From IMG/VR virus record IMGVR_UViG_3300014775_001868, positions 3,061 to 67,060 of that record: 64,000 bases of DNA. One strand, 5' to 3'. The stretch is from a virus. Taxonomy: Duplodnaviria > Caudoviricetes. Positions 19,758 through 29,814 of the stretch are shown one piece after another. A program made the translations under genes and the position numbers. The number at the start of each line of letters is the position of its first letter. The stretch's first letter is position 1. The notes below the pieces were generated by a model, which was not told the origin of the DNA, ran no database searches, and was given only the letters and a program-made list of their open reading frames with translations.

Positions 19758-22700
19758 TATTTATGGTACTAATTATGGAAGAATCATTTATAATGATGAT
19801 GCTGATTCATTTGAAGTAGAAATAAATAAACAAAAAATAAATGTCCAAGTAATGGGTGTTGATGCCCCCGAACCTCCAAAACCTTTAGATCATAGAGATT
19901 TTGAAAATTACAGTCTTTTAAGAAAGTTAAAAGTATCTTTAGGTCAACCAGAAGGTCAAAGATCTACTGAAATAGGTAGAAAAATTATTAGTGAAAATGG
20001 GGGTTTTGATAATGTAAGAATAGATTTAAGTGGAGTAGATAGTTTTAATACTTATGGAGCACAAATATTTTTAAAGGGAAAAGATGGTTGGATTAGCTAT
20101 AATAGTGAGCTAGTAAAAAATAATGCTGCTTATATTATTTTTGAATCTTATTTCCGAGACTTTGTTCCAGATGAATCTGTAATAGAACATTTTAATGAAC
20201 AATTAAGAAATCATAGTGCTGGTAAAGGAAAAGGTATATATTCTTCTGATGCTAGAGTACCTTCATTTTTTAGACGAGGTGAAGATGAAAATTTAGATTT
20301 TTATAAACAATCACCATCTTATAGTGAATATATACGTAAAAAAAGATTTGAAGAAAGTAGTATAAAAAATTCAAAGATATTAGCTGTTTTTGATAGAGAA
20401 AGAAATAGAAGTGGATTTTTAATATCTTCTAGATATACAGGTTCTTATTTTTATAATATTGCATTATATAATGCTACTCAAAGAAAATTAGGGAAAGAAG
20501 TACATTCTTTTACTTCAGATGGTATGGCTACTAAAGCATACTTCTTAAGTAAAGCTTCTAATAATGAAGATACTACCATTTCTGGTATCACTAAATTTAT
20601 ATTAAAAACTTTTGATTCTTCAGTTCAAAGACCTGGATTAGGTAATTGGTTAAATGAACATGTATTCCTTCCTGCTGGAATGGGGAGAATATATAAAGAA
20701 GAATTAGGTGCTTTAGGTTCTTTAGCAGGTTTAGTAGGTAGAGTATTAGATCAAACAGTTAACTTTTTTAGTACGAATGAATTTTATAGATTACATCCAG
20801 AATTAACTTTAGCACCATTAGATTTACAAACTACTGCGTTAGAACAAGAAAGAAGAACAGGATTTTTTGAAACAGCTTTACCAGCAGTTGTAGGTTTTGG
20901 TTTAACTACTATTGCTTCTTTAGGTACATATTTTGCTTTAGAAGTTCCTTTAGGTTATTTTACAGCTGATTTAACAAGAGAAAGTATAAATTATTTATTA
21001 AAAGAAGGATTTACACCACCAGCAAGTAATTCTAAATTTACTTCTGGTATAAAATCTTTTTTTAGAGCTTCAGCTATAGATGCTTTTCATGTTTTTTCTT
21101 CTATAACAGATATACAAAAAGAAATAGAAGGTTTATATGGTGATGTAATAGATTATTCTACTACAGGTACTAAAACAATGAACCTTCCTGATTACTTAAT
21201 GAAAGGTGTATCATTAAGTAGTTTTACTAATAATTTTTATAGAAAAACAGGGGCTTATTTAACTGAAACAGTAATCTTAAATTTTGTAAATACTTTCTTA
21301 AATCCATATAGACCGGGATCTCCAGCTCATAAACATTTTTTAAATACTCAAAGAGAATTAGTAGAAGCTATTGCAAAACCAATAGAATTGCAAATGGAAT
21401 ATACTATTCTTGATCCTAAAAATCCTGATCCAGATAAACCTAAAGTATTTAAATTAAATAAATTAGAAATAGATCCTAATACTTTAGGTTATGACAGAAA
21501 TGTAGCAATTGTAAGAAAGATGCAAGATATTATGGATTTAATTCCATTAAATCCACTTAATTGGGGTATCGGTAGTTTAAATAAAGGTTTAGGTTATATA
21601 GATGATACTAAAAATATTTATACTCTTGGAGATGTCTTAAATTTTGAAGATCTTACTTTACAATTTCATAATATCTTTTTAGATAATAGAATAATAAGAA
21701 GAGTAAATATTAGAAATCGTCTTTTACCTGCGACTCCTTTTAATATATTAAAACAAGCTTTATATAAACCTATAAATTATTTATTATCAGTAAAAGATAT
21801 CATACAGGCCGATTTAGCAAGACATCAAGAAATTAATAAAATAGATGGATTCGGTGTAAGAGATAGAAATATAAGAAACTTAAAATTAAATTTTAAAGCA
21901 GCTGGACTTTTTAATGATAATCCTCTTGTTAGTCCTAGTGGTAATACTTCTACAAAAATAAATGTAGAAAAAACTATAAATTTAACTAAAGATACTAGTG
22001 GGGATTTAATAGATAATGTAATCGAATTTATTGTTGAATCTGAAGTACAAAGTTATAAAGTAAGAGAGACATATAAGAAATATAATCCTTCTATTCCGGG
22101 AGAAGTTTCATATGGAAATATGAAATATTATGCTTCTTCTAATCAAATAAAAGAAAGAAATATATTAAAAACAGCACGATTAAGAAAACAAGGTAAATTA
22201 ACAGAATTAGTAATAGATAATTTAACTTTTAAAAGAGGTATCTATTCTGTTGCTGTTGGTTATTTACTTATTGATAGTATATTTAATCCTTCTAAAGGGG
22301 CGGGTTTATTAGAACAAGTAGCAGTAGATTATGTCTTATGGGGAGAAGGATCTCCTGATTATCAAGCTAATGGTTTAATTTCTGGTAATGTATATTGGCA
22401 ATTAACAGCAACAACAGCTACTATTGCTACAAGTATTTATGTAGGTACTTCTAGAACTCATTATACTGAAAGTGTTACTACTGTTAAAAATCTCCCTGTT
22501 GAAAAACGAAATTTATTAAAAGATAGAATAAGAACAGCTATTGATGCTAATTTATTACCTAAAGTTGATGGTAATGTTTATTCAATAATAAGTAAAAGTG
22601 GTAATGATTATGATATTAAATTAAATCAAGATATAGCAGTTAAAACTCCAAGAAAATATGGAGATGTATATAGTAATATTTTAGGAACTTATATAGCTCT

Positions 22701-25700
22701 TAGAGGGGGCTTTTTTGTTCTTAATCAATTAGGATCTGGTTTAGGTAGAATAAAAAATGCCATTGTAGGAAGAGCAGATAAATTAAATTATGATGTAGTA
22801 ACTGTAGGAGAAATAGCACAATTTAAAGAAGCTCTTTTAAAAAGTTTAGATAAAGAAGGAGAAGCTTCTAGTTCTACTACTTTAAGATTAGCTGGAATAT
22901 TTAGTGCAGATAGTTTAATACAAACTTTAAATATAGTAGAAGATGAAAAACCTATTGCTAAAAAAACAAGCATGTTTGTTTTACAAGCAACATCACAAAT
23001 GTTTCAATTCTTTTTAGGTTTTAGTACTGAAACTATATTTAGAAATGAAGAAGTTAAAAAAGTAATAGGACTTAAATTTGGTTTTCAAGGACCTCCTGTT
23101 ACAGGTATCAATTATTTATTTGAAGCTCCTATTTCTTTTATTCCAACTGGTTTAAAAGGAAAAGGTATTCTTAATGGTGATACATATTTTGTACAAAGAC
23201 AAGAAGGTATGGGATTATTACAATGGTCTCAAGCTCTTGGTGATTTTACTTTTCAAAGTTTAGTAGCTTTAAGTTTCATTTATGGGGTATCTGCGACAGT
23301 AGGACTTACAAGTGATTTTGCTAAAAGTATAAATAATAAAAATACAGGAATAATAAATGAAACTTTAGATGCAATAAGTATTTCATCTAGAAATGTTCAA
23401 AATATGGTTATGTCATTAACCAAAGCCGGAACACAAGGTTTAAGTTGGTTAGATACAACCGCTGATAATTTTTCTAATGCAGTTATAAGTTTTACTAAAT
23501 TACCTTATAAAACATATGAAGGTTTAAGAAATTCTGTATTAGCTAGAAATAATTTAAAAAATAATAATACAAAATTAAGAGGAAAATTCTTAAGAGGTAT
23601 TGTTTTAGGATATTTATTATTTTCTGCTGTAGACAAAGGGCAAAATTTATTAAGTGATACTTTATTTGGAGAAGAAAGTCCAGGGGCTTTAAATATAGCT
23701 AAATATATTCTCCCTACTACTGCTGCTACCGCTGGTATAAGTTATTCTTTCTTAAAAGATAATAATGCTATAGTTAATACTCTTAAAACTAAAAGCACTA
23801 TTTTTAATAACTCTTTTAATAAGTTAGCAAAGATTGCAAATACTATTGATAGTACAGCTATAACTAGAAATATAAAAATAAGAAAATCAACAGCTTTTAT
23901 TGTTGCTACTTCTGTAATATATAACTGGTTTAAAACCGATTCTAATTTTGGTTTTGCTGTTGATATGGATACTGATACTACTCAAAGAATAATGAGTGTA
24001 GGATTAGCAGGTGGTTTAACAGGAACTGCTTTTGCTTTAGGTAGAAACTTAGCAGTAGAACCTGGAGATATATTAAATGCTTATTTAAAAACTCAAAGTT
24101 TAGAAGAAGTAACTAATAATGCAACTAGTTTTAATTTAAAAAAAATCAAACAAGAAATGTTAAAGGTAGCTAAACCTTTTACTAATGTAGTAGCAGAAGC
24201 TTATAAAAGTTATATTAATTATAAAACGACTCGTTATGCTGCAAATTATATAGAATTTTTAGATAGTTTAAATACTCCTAATGGAGTCTTAATATCTAAA
24301 GAATTAGATAAATATAAAATAAAAGAATTACAAGCTGGAGATACTAAATTTAAATATACAGAAGAAGATGGAGTTATAAAATTTACAGATGAAACAATAG
24401 ATTTTATTAAAGAGTCTAGAAAAAAAGCACAAATAATAGTTAATAAAAGAGCAGATCAACTTGTAGATTTTATTAGAAATGAAAGACAAGCTATAAATAC
24501 TGTAGCTTCGGGTAATAAAAAGAATATTAATTTATTAAGAGATGCCTTTGAAGATAAAGCATTTAGTAATTATTTAAGTCATAAAGGACTTAAAGGGAAA
24601 GGATTAATATTAGGTTTTGTAGGAGTAGCGGCGCTTACAACTATAACAACAGCGGTTGTAAATATTTATGGAGGTATAACCAAAAAAGGTTATATAGATG
24701 GTTCTAATAAAGATAATTTCTTTGGAGCTTTAGATGGTACACCTCTTGAATTTTTAGCAGATACTGTTCGTTTAATAACAGGTACTGATAGAAGTGTAAG
24801 TCCTTCTATATATGAAGGTGGACTTCAAGGAGAACAAATAGCTCAAAGTGTTAAATTATTAAAGAATACTGATAATGACACTAATACATTATTAAGAGCT
24901 ACTGAAGCTTTAATGACTCCTTTACTTATTAATGCTTCTAATGTTTTTATAACAACAGGATCTGTAGGTATAAGTATAAGAAGTGCTGAAGAAGGACCTA
25001 AAGTAACTACATATGCTCAATTTCAAACAGCAGGTTTTGATATATCTACTGCTACTTACGAATTAGTTAAAAAATATAATATTGGTTATGGTTATAAAAA
25101 TGCTAAAACTAATATGATAATTCAAAGAGAATTAAAGAAAATATCTAATGGAGTTCAATTAAATAATGATACTTTATTAGATTATGGAGCTGTAACATTA
25201 ACTAGAGTATCTGCTTATGTAGATCCTTTAGTTGGTAAAGAAAAAAGAAAAGTATCTAAAATATTAGAAACATATCAAACTGCTAATGTAACTTCAAGTC
25301 CAATTGTATCTATTATTTTAAAAAGTAGAATAAGAGATACAAAACAATTTGTTAATCAACCTTTAGAATCTATTATAGCGAGATCAACTTCAGTTACTGA
25401 TATATCTATTTATAATGTTTTATCTGAAAAAGTTGTAAGTGATTTAGCTTTAAGTAATGGAGTTGAATCATTCTTAACAGATGAAAATAGTAAAAGATTA
25501 GTTTTTATTCGTTTAGGATATCATTTAAAAAACGCATTTAATAAAGAAGCTAGATTAACTGCTTTATTTTTTAGTAATAAACAATTAAAAGCTACAGGAC
25601 CTTTAACAGAAGAAGCTATATCTAGTTTTGAATTACAAGTAGCAGAAAAGAATGAAGTTCAAAATGGATTTTTAAAAGTAGTATCAAGTCTATTTACTGA

Positions 25701-28380
25701 TTGGTTTTCTTTAGTTAATAATTTAACGAAATTTGCTGGCTTAGGTAGCCCCGCAACTTTCTTAATAATGAGTTTTACAACTTTAGGTTTATTATCAGTA
25801 GGATATGCTACTTTAAGTAAATTAACTAGTTTTAAAGGGGCTAGAGAATTTAGAATGTTAGACAATATGTTTAACATTAAAGGTGCTAATGAAACTGAAA
25901 GAATATTTTCTTTTAGTAGATTATTAACTGAAAATTCTAATAGAAATGGAGTTATATATATAGAAAATCAGGCTAATATATTTTCAAATCAATTATCAAA
26001 TCCTTTATTATCAATAGAATTAACTGAAGCTTATAGTTCTATTGGTATAGAGAAAAAAATACAATTAGGTATAAATATAGAAAAAAGTTTAAATAGTGTA
26101 TTTAGAATTGTAGATGATAGTAATCACACTTTATTAAGAAGTATTTATAATTTTGGTGATGAAGCTAAAATAGGTGAATTTTTTATATCTGATCCTGAGC
26201 TTTTAAATAACTTAAATAAACGTTTTAATATTAAAAATCAAACAACTGTCTTTTTAGAATTAGATGTATTTAAAACAAATGTTGTTCAAGTTTTAGATCA
26301 ATATTATGATTCTATTTTTGAAGCAATAGAAAAAGCAGAAGTTTTAATAGGAGAATCAAAAGTAACTTTAACAGAAGTAATAAAAATAGAAGAGTTAAAT
26401 ACAATAAGAACAGCTTTAAGGGATAATGCAGAAACTATTATAGAGACTTTCTTTACGCAAAAATTAACAAATCAGATAGAGATAGATAAACAAAAAATAG
26501 CAAAAGTAAATTTAGGTAAGAATCAAAAAGACACTATTTTAGATTTACTTTCAATATTATTTGATGATTATTTAGATGATGAACTATTAGCGATACAAAG
26601 ATATTTATATGTATTAAATCCTGCTGATGAAGGTATTATTAAAAATTTAACAAGAGCTTTAAGAACTATAGCAAGAGAAAATGGAGGTATTTTAAATGTA
26701 AAAAATAATCCATTTATGAAATCTATATTTACTGGTAGATCTGTTACAATTAGAGATTTAAATTTACCTGAAGATATTAAATTAAGAAGAACGCAAGAAC
26801 CATTTCAGAAAAGATTTAGAAAAGGATTAAATAAAACTTGGAAAGTAGCAGGTGGTGTATTTAATACTATTAATATAGGTGCTGATGTTATAGATACTTT
26901 TGGATTTTTATCTAGATATGGATATGCATCTTATGATGGAAGTTTCACCGAAGCTGAATTAGATTATTTAGCATTAGAAGCTGCTAATGCTCAAGTAGGA
27001 GCTATTCTATTTGCTAATATGATTAGTCTAACTTTTAAAGGTTATTATATACCACAGTTATTAAAACTTAGTACTAAAGCGCCTGTAATAGGTGGAGCTG
27101 CAAAAGGTATAGCTGGGGTTGTAAGTAATATAAGTAAAACTCTACAAGGTGTACCAGCACCGATAAAAGTAGGTGCTATATTATTAGGAGTAATAGGAAT
27201 AAGTGTAGCAGCAACTAGAAAAAATAAATATAATGAAAGTTTCTTAGATAAAAGTTTAAATGCATTAGAGAATACTTTTAGAACGATATCTAAAACAGTT
27301 TCACCTACTATAGCTAAAGCACAAAAATCAATTATCAATTTAATTGATAATCCTACTTGGAAAGATTTTGCTACAGGGGGTCTTTCTGGATTCGCTTTTG
27401 GTTTAACTTTAGCGACATTTTTAGCGGGAACTATAGCTGCTGCTGTTACTGCTCCTGTATGGGGTACTGCTTTAGCTATAATAGGTATTAGTACATTAGT
27501 CTTTGCTACTATTAATGTTACCCCTTTAGGTAAATTTATAAGTGATAGATTATTTGATTTTAATAGATGGGCTAGTAAAGTACCTATTCTTAATTTCTTT
27601 TTCACTTCAGAAGGATCTAGTTTATATTTATTAGATGATCATACTAGTGGTCCTATATTTTTCGCTTCATCTAGACAAGCAGTAGAAGCTACTATTGAAA
27701 AATATTATTCATTAGAAGATGATGTAGGAAATACCATAACTATGAATTATTTATTTGGACCTTCTTTAAATAATCAAAGAAATACATCAAGTAGTCAAGT
27801 TCCTGGATTAGAAAAAGGTCCTATACAAACAAATAATTCTAATATTGTAAATGCGATATTAATGTCTAGATCTAAATATTTTAGACAACAAATAGTAGGA
27901 ACTTCTATATATTTAAGAGTAATAGAAAATTATAAAAATCAAAATAAATTAAAAGAACAATTAATAAAAGATGCTTTAGATAAAGAAACTGCTATTAAAT
28001 TAAATAAAGAAGCTGAAAATCTTCGAGAAACAGATCAAAAAAATATAGCATCAATATTAACTAAACCTAATAAAGATTTTACAGATGAAGCTGTTATTAT
28101 TGCTTTAGGAGCTTCTGGTAATAATGATAATGAAATCCCTGATACTTCCAAAAGAACTGAAACAAGTATAATAGTAAGTAGAACAGATTTTCATAATCCT
28201 GTTTTAGAATTCAATAATGAATCTATTTCTAGACAAGCTTCAAGAGAGATGATAGTAGCTACTAAACTTGGAGTTTCTAAAGAAAATAATAAAATAAAAT
28301 TAAACGAAAGTATATCAACTAATAATGATTTATTATTAAGTGTAATACCTGAATATGTATCTTTTAGAGCTACTGTATAA
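19747..28380 (+). CDS. giant tape-measure-like/ejection protein with N-terminal thermonuclease (SNase)-like domain
   Basis: 2877 aa, Gly/Ala/Thr-rich helical character with several hydrophobic segments. Residues ~10-180 align by eye with staphylococcal nuclease (DADS, GVDAPE, QPEG, NSELVKNNAA, KGIYS). Confidence 0.6.
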   Translation: MSINIYGTNYGRIIYNDDADSFEVEINKQKINVQVMGVDAPEPPKPLDHRDFENYSLLRKLKVSLGQPEGQRSTEIGRKIISENGGFDNVRIDLSGVDSFNTYGAQIFLKGKDGWISYNSELVKNNAAYIIFESYFRDFVPDESVIEHFNEQLRNHSAGKGKGIYSSDARVPSFFRRGEDENLDFYKQSPSYSEYIRKKRFEESSIKNSKILAVFDRERNRSGFLISSRYTGSYFYNIALYNATQRKLGKEVHSFTSDGMATKAYFLSKASNNEDTTISGITKFILKTFDSSVQRPGLGNWLNEHVFLPAGMGRIYKEELGALGSLAGLVGRVLDQTVNFFSTNEFYRLHPELTLAPLDLQTTALEQERRTGFFETALPAVVGFGLTTIASLGTYFALEVPLGYFTADLTRESINYLLKEGFTPPASNSKFTSGIKSFFRASAIDAFHVFSSITDIQKEIEGLYGDVIDYSTTGTKTMNLPDYLMKGVSLSSFTNNFYRKTGAYLTETVILNFVNTFLNPYRPGSPAHKHFLNTQRELVEAIAKPIELQMEYTILDPKNPDPDKPKVFKLNKLEIDPNTLGYDRNVAIVRKMQDIMDLIPLNPLNWGIGSLNKGLGYIDDTKNIYTLGDVLNFEDLTLQFHNIFLDNRIIRRVNIRNRLLPATPFNILKQALYKPINYLLSVKDIIQADLARHQEINKIDGFGVRDRNIRNLKLNFKAAGLFNDNPLVSPSGNTSTKINVEKTINLTKDTSGDLIDNVIEFIVESEVQSYKVRETYKKYNPSIPGEVSYGNMKYYASSNQIKERNILKTARLRKQGKLTELVIDNLTFKRGIYSVAVGYLLIDSIFNPSKGAGLLEQVAVDYVLWGEGSPDYQANGLISGNVYWQLTATTATIATSIYVGTSRTHYTESVTTVKNLPVEKRNLLKDRIRTAIDANLLPKVDGNVYSIISKSGNDYDIKLNQDIAVKTPRKYGDVYSNILGTYIALRGGFFVLNQLGSGLGRIKNAIVGRADKLNYDVVTVGEIAQFKEALLKSLDKEGEASSSTTLRLAGIFSADSLIQTLNIVEDEKPIAKKTSMFVLQATSQMFQFFLGFSTETIFRNEEVKKVIGLKFGFQGPPVTGINYLFEAPISFIPTGLKGKGILNGDTYFVQRQEGMGLLQWSQALGDFTFQSLVALSFIYGVSATVGLTSDFAKSINNKNTGIINETLDAISISSRNVQNMVMSLTKAGTQGLSWLDTTADNFSNAVISFTKLPYKTYEGLRNSVLARNNLKNNNTKLRGKFLRGIVLGYLLFSAVDKGQNLLSDTLFGEESPGALNIAKYILPTTAATAGISYSFLKDNNAIVNTLKTKSTIFNNSFNKLAKIANTIDSTAITRNIKIRKSTAFIVATSVIYNWFKTDSNFGFAVDMDTDTTQRIMSVGLAGGLTGTAFALGRNLAVEPGDILNAYLKTQSLEEVTNNATSFNLKKIKQEMLKVAKPFTNVVAEAYKSYINYKTTRYAANYIEFLDSLNTPNGVLISKELDKYKIKELQAGDTKFKYTEEDGVIKFTDETIDFIKESRKKAQIIVNKRADQLVDFIRNERQAINTVASGNKKNINLLRDAFEDKAFSNYLSHKGLKGKGLILGFVGVAALTTITTAVVNIYGGITKKGYIDGSNKDNFFGALDGTPLEFLADTVRLITGTDRSVSPSIYEGGLQGEQIAQSVKLLKNTDNDTNTLLRATEALMTPLLINASNVFITTGSVGISIRSAEEGPKVTTYAQFQTAGFDISTATYELVKKYNIGYGYKNAKTNMIIQRELKKISNGVQLNNDTLLDYGAVTLTRVSAYVDPLVGKEKRKVSKILETYQTANVTSSPIVSIILKSRIRDTKQFVNQPLESIIARSTSVTDISIYNVLSEKVVSDLALSNGVESFLTDENSKRLVFIRLGYHLKNAFNKEARLTALFFSNKQLKATGPLTEEAISSFELQVAEKNEVQNGFLKVVSSLFTDWFSLVNNLTKFAGLGSPATFLIMSFTTLGLLSVGYATLSKLTSFKGAREFRMLDNMFNIKGANETERIFSFSRLLTENSNRNGVIYIENQANIFSNQLSNPLLSIELTEAYSSIGIEKKIQLGINIEKSLNSVFRIVDDSNHTLLRSIYNFGDEAKIGEFFISDPELLNNLNKRFNIKNQTTVFLELDVFKTNVVQVLDQYYDSIFEAIEKAEVLIGESKVTLTEVIKIEELNTIRTALRDNAETIIETFFTQKLTNQIEIDKQKIAKVNLGKNQKDTILDLLSILFDDYLDDELLAIQRYLYVLNPADEGIIKNLTRALRTIARENGGILNVKNNPFMKSIFTGRSVTIRDLNLPEDIKLRRTQEPFQKRFRKGLNKTWKVAGGVFNTINIGADVIDTFGFLSRYGYASYDGSFTEAELDYLALEAANAQVGAILFANMISLTFKGYYIPQLLKLSTKAPVIGGAAKGIAGVVSNISKTLQGVPAPIKVGAILLGVIGISVAATRKNKYNESFLDKSLNALENTFRTISKTVSPTIAKAQKSIINLIDNPTWKDFATGGLSGFAFGLTLATFLAGTIAAAVTAPVWGTALAIIGISTLVFATINVTPLGKFISDRLFDFNRWASKVPILNFFFTSEGSSLYLLDDHTSGPIFFASSRQAVEATIEKYYSLEDDVGNTITMNYLFGPSLNNQRNTSSSQVPGLEKGPIQTNNSNIVNAILMSRSKYFRQQIVGTSIYLRVIENYKNQNKLKEQLIKDALDKETAIKLNKEAENLRETDQKNIASILTKPNKDFTDEAVIIALGASGNNDNEIPDTSKRTETSIIVSRTDFHNPVLEFNNESISRQASREMIVATKLGVSKENNKIKLNESISTNNDLLLSVIPEYVSFRATV

Positions 28381-28383
28381 TAA

Positions 28384-28788
28384 ATGGCTAGAGCAAATCC
28401 TAGATTTAATCGATTAAATTTATATTTTAAAGAAGAATTCCCTTGGCAAAATAATTTATATATACAAGACGTATTTACAAAAAGAGACTTATATAACTTT
28501 TGGTGTAAATTTATTTTATATAAAAAAGATTCAAAAGTTTTATGGTTAATTTTTATAAAAGAATTTACGGTAGAGTTTTCTTATAAAGAAGTAAAAAATA
28601 TTTTAAAAGAATTAAAAGAGAAAGAATTAAAATTATTTAGAGTATATCAATATATGTGGTTATCCTATCAAAAAAGGATAAAAAAATCAGAAGCATTATA
28701 TTGTGACAGTTCTACCTTCAAAAGAACATGTGATAAAGCTTGTATATTTATATTAAAAAAATTATTTAAATTAAAGAAATATGACTAA
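28384..28788 (+). CDS. putative HTH (sigma region 4/RinA-like) transcription factor
   Basis: C-terminal KSEALYCDSSTFKRTCDKACIFIL fits an HTH recognition-helix pattern. Confidence 0.35.
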   Translation: MARANPRFNRLNLYFKEEFPWQNNLYIQDVFTKRDLYNFWCKFILYKKDSKVLWLIFIKEFTVEFSYKEVKNILKELKEKELKLFRVYQYMWLSYQKRIKKSEALYCDSSTFKRTCDKACIFILKKLFKLKKYD

Positions 28789-29110
28789 TCCGTTATTAAT
28801 ATATTTAAGACATCAATCAAAAGATAAAGAATATTGGGAATATAAAGGAAATGTTATATCTATTTATGAGATAAAAGAAGTTATAAATAAGATAGCCATT
28901 ACAGATCCTTTATTATATAGAAATATAATACAAATATTCAATCCCACTAATACTAAAATAATAGCCGAACAAATATTAAATGTAGAGAAACCAACTTTAT
29001 TTAGAAATTGGGAAAAAGCGGCTAATTTAATTATGAATAGAATTTTAAATAAAGATGTTATAATTCCTATGACAGGTATTGATGTTTTACAGAGAGATAC
29101 AATAGTCTAA
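28781..29110 (+). CDS. putative HTH protein, possible paralog of the upstream gene
   Basis: IIAEQILNVEKPTLFRNWEKAANLIM fits an HTH pattern. Confidence 0.35.
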   Translation: MTNPLLIYLRHQSKDKEYWEYKGNVISIYEIKEVINKIAITDPLLYRNIIQIFNPTNTKIIAEQILNVEKPTLFRNWEKAANLIMNRILNKDVIIPMTGIDVLQRDTIV

Positions 29111-29814
29111 TGGAATATAAAAATGTTTTACAGCTATACAAAAATCAGTGTGAAAAATTAAAAAAATTATTAATAGATACTTCATTAATAGGAATTGAAG
29201 AATGGTCCATATTATTAGAAGAATTTTTTGAATTAGAAGAATTATTAAGTGATCCAATTATTTCAGAACCTTTAGATAATGTAAAATTAGAAGTTAAATC
29301 ACCTGTTGATAAATATGGTGTAGGTTCTTATGTTTTAGCTTTATATGAAGATGGTGTATCAGTTGATAATATTACAAAACAATTAGAGTTACAAAATATA
29401 TATATTGATACTATTGATTTAACCAATTGGATTATTGAAATAAATAAACAATCTATTATTGATAGAACAACAAATAGATATGGAAGTGTATTTGATACAA
29501 CCAGTCAATTACAAAATACATTAAATAGATTAGAAGAATTAGCTATAAAAGTAGAAAATGAAAATAATTTATCTAATTTTAAAAAGACATCAAAGTATGA
29601 AGTATTATTGAGTGTAATATCAGAAATTAGAAAAACAATTAAAGATGGGCATGAATTTACAAAAACAATTCAAGCTTTACAAAAGATAGACAAATTTCAA
29701 CAATATGTTATTGAAGAAATAAAACAAGAATCCCCTGAATGTGCTCAGAGGATTTTTAGAAGATTATCTAATTTAGCTACTGTATTTAGTTCTATGGATT
29801 TAAAGGGATTTTAA
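29110..29814 (+). CDS. hypothetical helical protein, possible terminase small subunit
   Basis: HTH-like LYEDGVSVDNITKQL followed by a helical oligomerisation-like region; last gene of the + strand block. Confidence 0.3.
   Translation: MEYKNVLQLYKNQCEKLKKLLIDTSLIGIEEWSILLEEFFELEELLSDPIISEPLDNVKLEVKSPVDKYGVGSYVLALYEDGVSVDNITKQLELQNIYIDTIDLTNWIIEINKQSIIDRTTNRYGSVFDTTSQLQNTLNRLEELAIKVENENNLSNFKKTSKYEVLLSVISEIRKTIKDGHEFTKTIQALQKIDKFQQYVIEEIKQESPECAQRIFRRLSNLATVFSSMDLKGF

Noticed and set aside
22788-27605. Three - strand ORFs (22788-22973, 25659-25877, 27045-27605)
   Set aside because: They lie wholly antisense to the 2877-aa gene and have no motifs; shadow ORFs.
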